Position numbers and translations under genes: made by a program
Assembly (NCBI GenBank): GCA_021154855.1
Contig: JAJKHV010000173.1
Span: 1 to 49,881, forward strand
From: Solirubrobacterales bacterium
GTDB lineage: Bacteria > Actinomycetota > Thermoleophilia > Solirubrobacterales > 70-9
Reading direction: 5' to 3'
DNA length: 49,881 nt
The notes under the pieces: generated by a model
The model's input: only the letters and a program-made list of their open reading frames with translations
The model's database searches: none
Told to the model about the DNA's origin: nothing
Shown here: in pieces, positions 41,653 through 49,198 of the stretch
How the letters are laid out: each line of letters begins with the position of its first letter
Numbering within the stretch: position 1 is the first letter of the stretch

Positions 41653-42123
41653 TTAGGTCGCCTCGTACCTGAACTCCGTGTCGCCGATCCGCACCACGTC
41701 CCCGTCGATCAGCTCAGCCTCGCCGCTCAGGGTGGCGTCGTTGAGCAGGGTGCCGTTGGTCGAGTTCATGTCCTCCACGTAGGTGTGGCCATCGCGGCTG
41801 AAGATCCTGGCGTGCACGCCGGAGGCATAGCGGTCGTCGATCCGCACGTCGGCTTCTGAGGAGCGACCGATCGAGAGGCCGCCGATCAGGTCGAAGCGCT
41901 CGCCAGCGTTGAGGCCGCCACCGCGCTCTGCCACCAGCCAGGCATCGGCGGCCCCCGGCGAAGGGGCGAACCCAGGGGCTTGGTGAAAGCCGGTCGCGTC
42001 CGGTGCCGGCGAAGCCGTGCGGCGCAGGTCCTTGAGCGCGCTGCGGGCGATCCACAGCAAGAAGAGGTAGAGGACCACCAGAAAGCCGAACTTCAGAGCG
42101 ACCGAGATCGGGGCATAGTCCAT
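41653..42123 (-). CDS. fhaB: Small membrane-anchored FHA-domain protein (FhaB/FipA-like)
   Basis: From ATG 42123 the sequence reads MDYAPISVALKFGFLVVLYLFLLWIA (TM segment). The C-terminal FHA part reads LSIGRSSEADVRIDDRYASGVHARIFSRDGHTYVEDMNSTNGTLLND. The track extension to 42210 overlaps fhaA. Confidence 0.85.
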   Translation of the reverse strand: MDYAPISVALKFGFLVVLYLFLLWIARSALKDLRRTASPAPDATGFHQAPGFAPSPGAADAWLVAERGGGLNAGERFDLIGGLSIGRSSEADVRIDDRYASGVHARIFSRDGHTYVEDMNSTNGTLLNDATLSGEAELIDGDVVRIGDTEFRYEAT

Positions 42124-42130
42124 GGGCGGC

Positions 42131-42904
42131 CTACTGCTCGATGTCGAACAGGAAGGTCGTGGTCCCGACGGTGACCTGATCGCCCGGGCTGAGCCGGGTG
42201 GAGGAGACACGCCGGCCGTTCACCTTGATGCCGTTGGTCGAGCCGAGGTCGGCGATCGTCCAGTCGCCCGTTTGCGAGCGGCGCAGCTCGGCGTGGCGGC
42301 GGGAGACATTGGGGTCGGCAAGCACGCACTCGGCCTGCTTGGAGCGCCCGATCGTCGCCCGGGGCCCCTCGAGCACGTAGCGGCGATCGTCGAGCGAGAC
42401 CACCGCCCGGGTCACGACCATTGCTTCCGCGCGCTGTTCAGGATTCGCCGGCGCGGGCGGCTTCTCTTTCACCGCCGAGTAGACCATCGTGTGCCCCTCC
42501 TCGCCCTGCCGCGGCGCCTCACCCTCGCGAACCGGCGGCTTGACCAGGCGCGTCTGGATCCCAAACTCGCCGAGGCGCAGTCGCTGATCGGTCTTGAACT
42601 CGACCGCGGGCCGGGTCAGCAGGTCGTAGCTGCGGCGCCGCGCGTGCTCGAGCAGGTACCCGGAGAGCTCTTGCTCGAGCGAGCGCTCGTAGCCCTCGAG
42701 TTTGGCGCGGTCCTTGCTGGAGAGAAAGACCGTGTACTCGTTGGGGACGTAGACGCGAGCGACGCCCGCCGTCTTATGGGCGTCCATCTCCTTGGCCAGC
42801 TTGCGGGCGAGCTCGACCGGCTGCACCTCGGAGCTGAAGGCGCGGCTGAAGACCCCCTCGACGAGGCCTTCGATGCGACTCTCGAGGTTGCGTAGGACGC
42901 TGAT
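42131..42904 (-). CDS. fhaA: FhaA-like protein (DUF3662-type N-terminal domain plus C-terminal FHA domain); proposed ATC start
   Basis: The FHA part reads ATIGRSKQAECVLADPNVSRRHAELRRSQTGDWTIADLGSTNGIKVNG. The N-terminal domain continues in frame upstream of the track GTG (42826) as ISVLRNLESRIEGLVEGVFSRAFSSEVQPVELA. No ATG, GTG or TTG occurs in that stretch. AAGGAG (42911-42916) lies 6 nt before ATC (42902-42904). Confidence 0.75.
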   Translation of the reverse strand: MSVLRNLESRIEGLVEGVFSRAFSSEVQPVELARKLAKEMDAHKTAGVARVYVPNEYTVFLSSKDRAKLEGYERSLEQELSGYLLEHARRRSYDLLTRPAVEFKTDQRLRLGEFGIQTRLVKPPVREGEAPRQGEEGHTMVYSAVKEKPPAPANPEQRAEAMVVTRAVVSLDDRRYVLEGPRATIGRSKQAECVLADPNVSRRHAELRRSQTGDWTIADLGSTNGIKVNGRRVSSTRLSPGDQVTVGTTTFLFDIEQ

Positions 42905-42966
42905 CGTTGGCTCCTTTTCGCGAGCGAGGCAAGCACTCGGGGTGGCGGTGAACCGGCTGGAATCCT

Positions 42967-43131
42967 AGATGGTGCAACCCCGGAGGACGTGCGACCGGGG
43001 GCGAGCGTAACCAAGCAGGTGAAGGACGCGGGGAGGCAAGATGGTTTTTGCCATTTGGCCGACTGAGGACGCAGAGATGCGCAGTGTTACGCCCGTCATC
43101 CGGGTGCGCGGCCTCCGGGGTTGCACCATCT
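42967..43131. repeat. 165-bp element bounded by 20-bp perfect inverted repeats; its core (43009-43082) is repeated in the gyrB-gyrA spacer
   Basis: The left arm AGATGGTGCAACCCCGGAGG (42967-42986) is the exact reverse complement of 43112-43131. An inner imperfect pairing joins GCGTAAC (43004-43010) and GTTACGC (43086-43092). The core boxes AACCAAGCAGGT, GGA(C/T)GCGGGGAGG and GGCCGACNGANGACNCNGAGATGCGC are shared with 49086-49180. Confidence 0.6.
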
Positions 43132-44126
43132 CAAGGCAGCAGGACGCCGTGACCGGCCGCGAGCCAGGCGCCGAGCACCGCGGCGGCGGCAACCGCGCCG
43201 AGGCGCAGGCGCAGCGAGCGATCGGCGCGGGGAGGATCCTCGGCGAGGCTGTCGAGCGAGCTTTCGATCGCGCCGCCGAGCTCCTCCAGCGGCGGGCGCC
43301 GATCCGGTCGGGTCTGCATGCAGGCATCCACCGCATCGGTGAGCTCGCGGGGAAGATCAGGGCGCAGCCGGCGGAGGGACCGCTGGCGGCCTCCAATCGC
43401 CCGCGCGGTCGCGGCCGGCGTCGAGCGGCGGGTCGGGTGCTCGCCGCTCCAGCACTCGTAGAGCATCAGCGCCAGCGAATAGATGTCGGCCTCGGGGCCG
43501 ACGGTCCGGCCCTCGGCCTGCTCGGGCGCCATGTAGGCGAGGGTGCCGACGACGTCGCCAGGGGCGGTCAGCGCAGCGGCGTCGGTGAGGCGGGCGACGC
43601 CGAAGTCCATCAGCTTGGCGCGCGGCTCGCCATCCTCGAGCACGAGGACGTTCTGAGGCTTGATGTCGCGATGCACGACGGAGCGGCAATGCGCATGGTC
43701 GAGCGCCTCACAGAGATCGGCGCCGATCTCGCCGATCTCGCGGTCGCTGAGCGCGCAGTCGCGATTCAGCCCGGCAAGCGTCTCGCCGTCGACGAGCTCG
43801 GTGACGAGCAGGGCGTTGCCATCCTCCTCGCCCATCTCGTAGAGGGTGACGATGCCAGGGTGATTCAGCCGGGCCGCAGCCTGCGCCTCTCGCATGACCC
43901 GACCTGAACCGTCGTCCCGACCGGATTCGATCGCCTTGACCGCGACCGGGCGCTCGAGCCGCCCATCCCAGGCCTCGTAGACCGTGCCGAAGCCGCCGCT
44001 GCCGATGCGACGCTCGATCAAGAAGCGGTTGAGGACCAGGGAACCGACCACGGCACTTCTCGACTTCGCCGCGAATCCGCTTCCTCCTGCGACATACTCC
44101 CTGCTTCTTGGAGCATTCTTCCGCAA
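43131..44126 (-). CDS. Ser/Thr protein kinase, tail-anchored (TM segment at the extreme C-terminus, no ectodomain)
   Basis: Kinase motifs are IGSGGFGTVY, VAVKAI, HRDIKPQNVLV, DFGVA and APEQA. The C-terminus is LGAVAAAAVLGAWLAAGHGVLLP followed by the stop. The start is uncertain, with an in-frame GTG at 44051. The track start overlaps the divergent gene by 19 nt. Confidence 0.8.
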   Translation of the reverse strand: MRKNAPRSREYVAGGSGFAAKSRSAVVGSLVLNRFLIERRIGSGGFGTVYEAWDGRLERPVAVKAIESGRDDGSGRVMREAQAAARLNHPGIVTLYEMGEEDGNALLVTELVDGETLAGLNRDCALSDREIGEIGADLCEALDHAHCRSVVHRDIKPQNVLVLEDGEPRAKLMDFGVARLTDAAALTAPGDVVGTLAYMAPEQAEGRTVGPEADIYSLALMLYECWSGEHPTRRSTPAATARAIGGRQRSLRRLRPDLPRELTDAVDACMQTRPDRRPPLEELGGAIESSLDSLAEDPPRADRSLRLRLGAVAAAAVLGAWLAAGHGVLLP

Positions 44127-45148
44127 ACCGGCCGGGACGCCGGGCCCGGCCTCGCCGCCGCCCTGAACGCCAGCAGATCCTGCTGCGCCGTGGGCTTGCG
44201 CTCGTCGCCGGGCTGCTGGTCCTGATCCTCGTCGTGCTTGGGATCAAGGGCTGCCTCGACGCGCGCAAGGACAGGGCGTTGAGCGATTACGCCCGCAACG
44301 TCAGTCAGATCGTCGAAGAGACCGGACAGACCAGCAAAGCGCTCTTCGCCAGGCTCTCCGAACCGGGCGACCTCTCGGTGACCGAATTCGTCAACCAGGT
44401 CAGCGCCGACCGCAGTGCGATGGACGGCTACGCCAGCCGCATCGACGGCCTCAGCGCGCCCGGCGACATGAGCCACGCCCAGAACGCTCTCGAGCTCGTC
44501 TACGAGCTGCGCAGCAGCGCGATGGACGACATCGCCGATCAAGCGAGCACCGCGCTTGGCGACGTCGGCTCCGAGAAGGCGACGGCAAGCATCGCCATTC
44601 AGATGCAGAAGCTGCTCGCCGCCGACGTGCTCTATGGATCGGTGGTTCGGCCGGAGATCAACGGTGTGCTCGAATCGAATGGGATCGAGGGCGACGACGT
44701 CCCGGAGAGCATCTTCCTGCCGGAAGGGACTAAATGGCTAGAAGAGAGCGCGGTCAGCACCGCCCTCGAATCCGTCAACGGCGCAACTGGGGCGACGTCG
44801 GGTGGCGTCCACGGCCTCGGCCTGATCGGCACCAGCGTCAACGGAGCCGAACTGACCGCCGAATCGACCACTTCGGTGGGCAGCGAAGGCACGGTGGAAG
44901 TCGAAGTGCAGGTGCAAAACCAGGGCGATTCGACCGAGAATGGCGTCTCCGTTTCCGTAACGGTCAGCGGCGGCGGCACGCTGAGCGGCACGATCAGCAG
45001 CATCGCCGCGGGTGAAACGGAAACCGCCCTGATCCCGCTGACGCCGGCGCCATCGGGAGAAGTGACGCTGGAAGTCGACGTCGCCACCGTGCCTGGCGAG
45101 CAGGTCTCAGAAAACAACAAGGCCAGCTACAACGTCGCCTTCGAATAG
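44108..45148 (+). CDS. Membrane-anchored protein with a C-terminal CARDB-like beta-sandwich domain
   Basis: TTG start. The basic N-terminus is followed by the TM segment LALVAGLLVLILVVLGI. The C-terminal part VEVEVQVQNQGDSTENGVSVSVTVSGGGTLSGTISSIAAGETETALIPLT...VTLEVDVATVPGEQVSENNKASYNVAF resembles CARDB domains, which is an inference. Confidence 0.6.
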   Translation: MEHSSANRPGRRARPRRRPERQQILLRRGLALVAGLLVLILVVLGIKGCLDARKDRALSDYARNVSQIVEETGQTSKALFARLSEPGDLSVTEFVNQVSADRSAMDGYASRIDGLSAPGDMSHAQNALELVYELRSSAMDDIADQASTALGDVGSEKATASIAIQMQKLLAADVLYGSVVRPEINGVLESNGIEGDDVPESIFLPEGTKWLEESAVSTALESVNGATGATSGGVHGLGLIGTSVNGAELTAESTTSVGSEGTVEVEVQVQNQGDSTENGVSVSVTVSGGGTLSGTISSIAAGETETALIPLTPAPSGEVTLEVDVATVPGEQVSENNKASYNVAFE

Positions 45149-45159
45149 GGGCTGGCGCG

Positions 45160-45996
45160 GTGCGGATCGCCTACCTGGGACCGGCTGGGACCTTCACCGA
45201 GGACGCTCTGCGCGAGGCGGTCGAGCCCGGCGTCGAGTTCGAGCGGTTGCGGACGGCGACCATCCACGAGGCGATCCTCGCGGTTGAGCGCGGCGAGGCC
45301 GAGCGGGCGCTGGTGCCGTTCGAGAACTCGATCGAGGGATCGGTGCGCATCACGCTCGACACCCTTGCCTTCGATGCGGAGAAGGTGACGATCGTCGGCG
45401 AGCACGACTTCGCCGTGCGGGCGATGCTGCTCGCGCGGGAGCCAGGCGAGCTGAAGCAGATCGCGGTGGTCCTCTCCCACCCCCAGCCGCTCGCCCAGTG
45501 TGCCCGCTTTCTGCGCGAAAGCCTGCCGGGGGCGGAGCTGCGCTCGGTCAGCAGCACAGCTGAGGCCGTACGCCTCGTCAGCGAATCCGAGCAGCCATGG
45601 GCGGCGATCGGCGCACATTCCGCCGCCGAGCTCTATGGCTGCGCGGTTCTGCGCAAAGGGATCGAGGACGAGGCCAACAACGTCACTCGCTTCGTCTGGA
45701 TCGCCCCGGCCGGCACGGGGCCGGCGGGCGGGGACGCCTGGAAGACCTCCCTTGTCTTCTCTGAGCTGGGCGAAGACCATCCCGGCGCCCTGGTCAACGC
45801 GCTGCGCGAGTTCTCTTCTCGCGCAGTCAATCTGACCCGCATCGAGTCGCGGCCACTGCGCCTGGGACTGGGGCGTTACATGTTCTTCTGCGACCTCGAA
45901 GGGGCGTCGACCGACCAACCCGTCTCCGAGGCCATCGAAGCGCTGCGAACCAAGGCGGATTCGGTTCGAGTATTGGGCTCCTACCCAACTGCGTAG
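45160..45996 (+). CDS. pheA: Prephenate dehydratase (PDT plus ACT domains)
   Basis: Sequence reads RIAYLGPAGTFTEDAL...VPFENSIEGSV...TRFVWIA...LVFSELGEDHPGALVNALREFSSRAVNLTRIESRP...YMFFCDLEG. GTG start. Confidence 0.9.
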   Translation: MRIAYLGPAGTFTEDALREAVEPGVEFERLRTATIHEAILAVERGEAERALVPFENSIEGSVRITLDTLAFDAEKVTIVGEHDFAVRAMLLAREPGELKQIAVVLSHPQPLAQCARFLRESLPGAELRSVSSTAEAVRLVSESEQPWAAIGAHSAAELYGCAVLRKGIEDEANNVTRFVWIAPAGTGPAGGDAWKTSLVFSELGEDHPGALVNALREFSSRAVNLTRIESRPLRLGLGRYMFFCDLEGASTDQPVSEAIEALRTKADSVRVLGSYPTA

Positions 45997-46010
45997 AATT
46001 CCCGGGCAAC

Positions 46011-46517
46011 ATGGCACGTGTGCTCGTACTCAACGCAACGTATGAGCCGATCAACGTCTGCACGTTGAGGAGGGCCGCTGTGCTCTTGCTGAAGGAAAAG
46101 GCCGAGCTGCTCGAGCGCCGCGAGGGGGCAATCCACTCCGAGCACATGACGATGGAGCGCCCCGACGTGATTCGCCTGGTCAGCTACGTGCGGATCCCGC
46201 GCGAAGCCCATCGCCGCAAGATCACCCGTCGGGCAGTCCTTGCCCGCGACTCGTGGACCTGCCAATACTGTGGCTCCCGCAAATCCGGCCTCACGGTCGA
46301 TCACGTGATCCCCCGCAGCCGCGGCGGCAAGTCAGTCTGGGAGAACATCGTTGCCGCCTGCGCATCGTGCAACCGACGCAAGGGCAACCGCCTTCCCCGC
46401 GAGATCCACATGCATCCCCAGAGCACCCCCAAGGCGCCCGGTCCAACGGTCTTCATTCAAGTGGCAAGCCCGAAGATCCCCCAGAACTGGCAGCAGTACC
46501 TTCCGGCGGCTGCGTAG
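46011..46517 (+). CDS. HNH endonuclease family protein
   Basis: Sequence reads RDSWTCQYCGSRKSGLTVDHVIPRSRGGKSVWENIVAACASCNRRKGN, giving Cys4/His-Asn-His motifs. Confidence 0.85.
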   Translation: MARVLVLNATYEPINVCTLRRAAVLLLKEKAELLERREGAIHSEHMTMERPDVIRLVSYVRIPREAHRRKITRRAVLARDSWTCQYCGSRKSGLTVDHVIPRSRGGKSVWENIVAACASCNRRKGNRLPREIHMHPQSTPKAPGPTVFIQVASPKIPQNWQQYLPAAA

Positions 46518-46548
46518 AGCAGGACAGCGGGGAGGTCTCCCTCCTCGA

Positions 46549-49056
46549 CTATCCCTCCGCCAGCTGCTCCTGCCCATCCGGCTCGTCGTTCGAGTCTTCG
46601 TCGATGATCAGGGCGACGGCGCTTACGCAGTCGTCGTCCTTCATGTTCATCACTTTGACACCCTGGGTCGAGCGGCCCATTTGCGAGATTCCACCCGCTT
46701 GGGTTCTCTGCACCATGCCGCTCTGGGAGATGAAGAGCAGGTCCTGGTGCTCGCGAACGATCAGGGCGCCGGCGAGGCCGCCCTTCTTCGTCGTCAGTTT
46801 TGCGGTCAGCACGCCCTTGGTCCCCCGACCCTTGACCGGGTACTCGGCGACCGACGTGCGCTTGCCGTAGCCGTTCTCGGTGACGACGAAAAGCTCGGAG
46901 TCGTCGCGAGCGATGTCCATCGCCAGCACGCGGTTTGGCTGGCCGTTGACCTTGGCCGAGACGTTCATGCCCTTGACGCCGCTGGTGTCGCGGCCCATCG
47001 GCCTCACGACTTCCTCGGAAAAGCGCGAGGCGTGGCCAGACTTGGAGACGAGCAGGATGTCGTCCTCCCCCGAGGTGAGGCGCACCTGGACCAGCTCGTC
47101 GCTGTCGCGGATCTTGATCGCGATGATCCCGTCAGCGCGGATCGGCGTGTTGTAGGCCTTGAACTCGGTCTTCTTGACCAGGCCCTGGGCGGTGGCGAAG
47201 ACCAGGTACCTGTTCTCGCCGAAGTCCCGGGTCGGGATCACTGCGGTGACCTTCTCGCCGTCGCGCAGCGGCAGCACGTTGACCAGGGCTCGGCCTTTCG
47301 AGGTGCGTGATCCCTCGGGCAGCTCATAGACCTTGAGCCTGTAGACCTTGCCGCGGTTGGTGAAGAAGAGCAGGAAGTCGTGGGTCGAGCAGACGTGAAG
47401 GTGCTCGATGTAGTCGTCCTCCTTCATGTCCATCCCCATCACGCCGCGCCCTCCGCGGTGCTGCTGGCGATAGGTCGCCAAGGGCAGTCGCTTGGCGTAG
47501 CCCGAATGGGTGATCGAGATCACCATCTGCTGGTCGGCGATCATGTCCTCGATGTTCATGTCGCCCTCGAAGTGGGTGACTTCGGTGCGCCGCTCGTCGC
47601 CGTAGCGCTTGTCGACCTCGTCAAGCTCCTCGACGATCACGGCGTCGATCCTGGCCGGGTCGCCGAGGATCGAGCGCAGCTCGGCGATCCGCTTGGCCAG
47701 CTCTTCGTGCTCCTCGCGCAGCTTGTCGGACTCCAGCGCGGTGAGGCGGGCGAGGCGCATGTCGAGGATCGCCTGCGCCTGCTCATCGGAGAGCTCGAAG
47801 CGCTCGATCAGACCGGCCTTGGCCGCCTCTGTATCGGCCGAGCCGCGGATCAGCGCGATCACCGCGTCGAGGTTGTCGAGCGCGATCAGCAGTCCCTCGA
47901 GGATGTGGGCGCGGGCCTCGGCCCGGCGCAGCTCGTACTGAGTGCGGCGGATGACGACCTCGCGCTGATGGTTGACGTAGTGCTCGATCAGCTCCTTGAG
48001 GCTGAGCGTCTTCGGCACGCCGTCGACGAGGGCGACCATGTTGACCCCGAAGGTGTTCTGCATCGCGGTCCGCTTGTAGAGCTGATTGAGCACGACCTCG
48101 GGCGGATCGCCGCCTCGCTTGGTCTCGATCACGAGACGCATGCCGGAGCGATCGGACTCGTCGCGCAGGTCGGAGATGCCGGTGATCTTCTTGTCGCGAA
48201 CGAGGTCGGCGATCTTCGTGATCAGGCCGCCTTCGCCGCCCTTCTTGACCATGAACGGCAGCTCGGTGACGATGATCGCGTCGCGGCCGCCCTTGAGCGG
48301 CTCGACGTGAGCGCGGGCGCGGATCCGCACCGAGGCGCGGCCGGAGGCATAGGCGTCGCGAATCCCTTCGGCGCTCATGATGCCGCCGCCGGGGAAATCG
48401 GGGCCCTTGACGTGCTCCATCAGGCCTTCGAGGTCGATGCCGGGGTTGGCGATGTAGGCCTTGACCGCCCCGATCGACTCGCTGAGGTTGTGCGGCGGGA
48501 TGTTGGTCGCCATCCCGACCGCGATCCCGGAAGAGCCGTTGACGAGGAGGCTGGGGAAGCGCGCCGGCAATACCACCGGTTCGCGGGCTTCCTCGTCGTA
48601 ATTGGGGCCCCACTCGACCGTATCCGCCTCGATGTCGCGTAGGAGCTCGGTCGAGAGGTATGCCAGTCGCGCCTCCGTATAACGCATCGCAGCGGGCGGG
48701 TCGTCGTCGATCGAGCCGAAGTTGCCTTGGCCGTCGACGAGCGGATAGCGCAGCGAGAAGTCCTGCGCCATGCGCGCCAGCGTGTCGTAGATCGCGCTGT
48801 CGCCGTGAGGGTGGTACTTGCCCATCACCTCGCCGACGATGAAGGCGGACTTGCGGTAGGACCGGTTCGGCTGCAGCCCCAGGTCGTGCATCGCGTAGAG
48901 CACGCGGCGGTGGACCGGCTTCAGCCCGTCGCGAACGTCGGGCAGCGCCCGGCCGACGATCACGCTCATCGCGTAGTCGAGATACGACGAGCGCATCTCG
49001 GTGGTCAGCTCGCGCTCCTCGATCCGCCCGCCGGTAAGTGCTTCTGCCCCCTCCAT
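46549..49056 (-). CDS. gyrA: DNA gyrase subunit A
   Basis: Sequence reads [33 protein letters not shown]...[34 protein letters not shown]...[10 protein letters not shown] (active-site Tyr). C-terminal beta-pinwheel repeats are present. Confidence 0.95.
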   Translation of the reverse strand: MEGAEALTGGRIEERELTTEMRSSYLDYAMSVIVGRALPDVRDGLKPVHRRVLYAMHDLGLQPNRSYRKSAFIVGEVMGKYHPHGDSAIYDTLARMAQDFSLRYPLVDGQGNFGSIDDDPPAAMRYTEARLAYLSTELLRDIEADTVEWGPNYDEEAREPVVLPARFPSLLVNGSSGIAVGMATNIPPHNLSESIGAVKAYIANPGIDLEGLMEHVKGPDFPGGGIMSAEGIRDAYASGRASVRIRARAHVEPLKGGRDAIIVTELPFMVKKGGEGGLITKIADLVRDKKITGISDLRDESDRSGMRLVIETKRGGDPPEVVLNQLYKRTAMQNTFGVNMVALVDGVPKTLSLKELIEHYVNHQREVVIRRTQYELRRAEARAHILEGLLIALDNLDAVIALIRGSADTEAAKAGLIERFELSDEQAQAILDMRLARLTALESDKLREEHEELAKRIAELRSILGDPARIDAVIVEELDEVDKRYGDERRTEVTHFEGDMNIEDMIADQQMVISITHSGYAKRLPLATYRQQHRGGRGVMGMDMKEDDYIEHLHVCSTHDFLLFFTNRGKVYRLKVYELPEGSRTSKGRALVNVLPLRDGEKVTAVIPTRDFGENRYLVFATAQGLVKKTEFKAYNTPIRADGIIAIKIRDSDELVQVRLTSGEDDILLVSKSGHASRFSEEVVRPMGRDTSGVKGMNVSAKVNGQPNRVLAMDIARDDSELFVVTENGYGKRTSVAEYPVKGRGTKGVLTAKLTTKKGGLAGALIVREHQDLLFISQSGMVQRTQAGGISQMGRSTQGVKVMNMKDDDCVSAVALIIDEDSNDEPDGQEQLAEG

Positions 49057-49085
49057 CTAAATCACGTCCCTCAAACGGGCGCGGA

Positions 49086-49180
49086 AACCAAGCAGGTCGG
49101 GGGATGCGGGGAGGGTGGCGAGGGGAGCGCACCTGCTGGTGCGTGACCCGAGGAGGCCGACCGAAGACCCCGAGATGCGC
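49086..49180. repeat. Second copy of the conserved core element, inside the 142-nt gyrB-gyrA spacer
   Basis: Box 1 at 49086-49097 matches 43009-43020 at 12/12. Box 2 at 49102-49114 matches 43024-43036 at 12/13. Box 3 at 49155-49180 matches 43057-43082 at 22/26. A local stem joins CCA-GCAGGT (49088-49097) and ACCTGCTGG (49131-49139). An outer pairing joins GCGCGGA...AAACC and GGTTTCCGCGC. Confidence 0.6.
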
Positions 49181-49198
49181 CGGTTTGCAGCGTCCGCG

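Noticed and set aside
43041-43085. Possible small conserved peptide. The plus-strand frames of both element copies translate to (W/R)PTED(A/P)EMR, and 3 of the 4 nucleotide differences fall at third codon positions.
   Set aside because: Neither frame has a nearby stop. They run on as 288-aa and 229-aa shadow ORFs antisense to the kinase and gyrB. The upstream conserved box 1 is out of frame and interrupted by stops, and there is no ribosome-binding site. Four substitutions are too few to infer selection.
42905-43130. Expected tRNA gene upstream of fhaA (as in mycobacteria), or an integron attC site
   Set aside because: I could not fold a cloverleaf, GTTCGAATC-type T-arm or anticodon stem. 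The inverted-repeat ends do not fit the RYYYAAC/GTTRRRY attC core. No integrase lies nearby.
46518-46548. Terminator between the convergent HNH and gyrA genes (GGGAG-GT-CTCCC)
   Set aside because: A 2-nt loop is sterically implausible and there is no U-tract on either strand.
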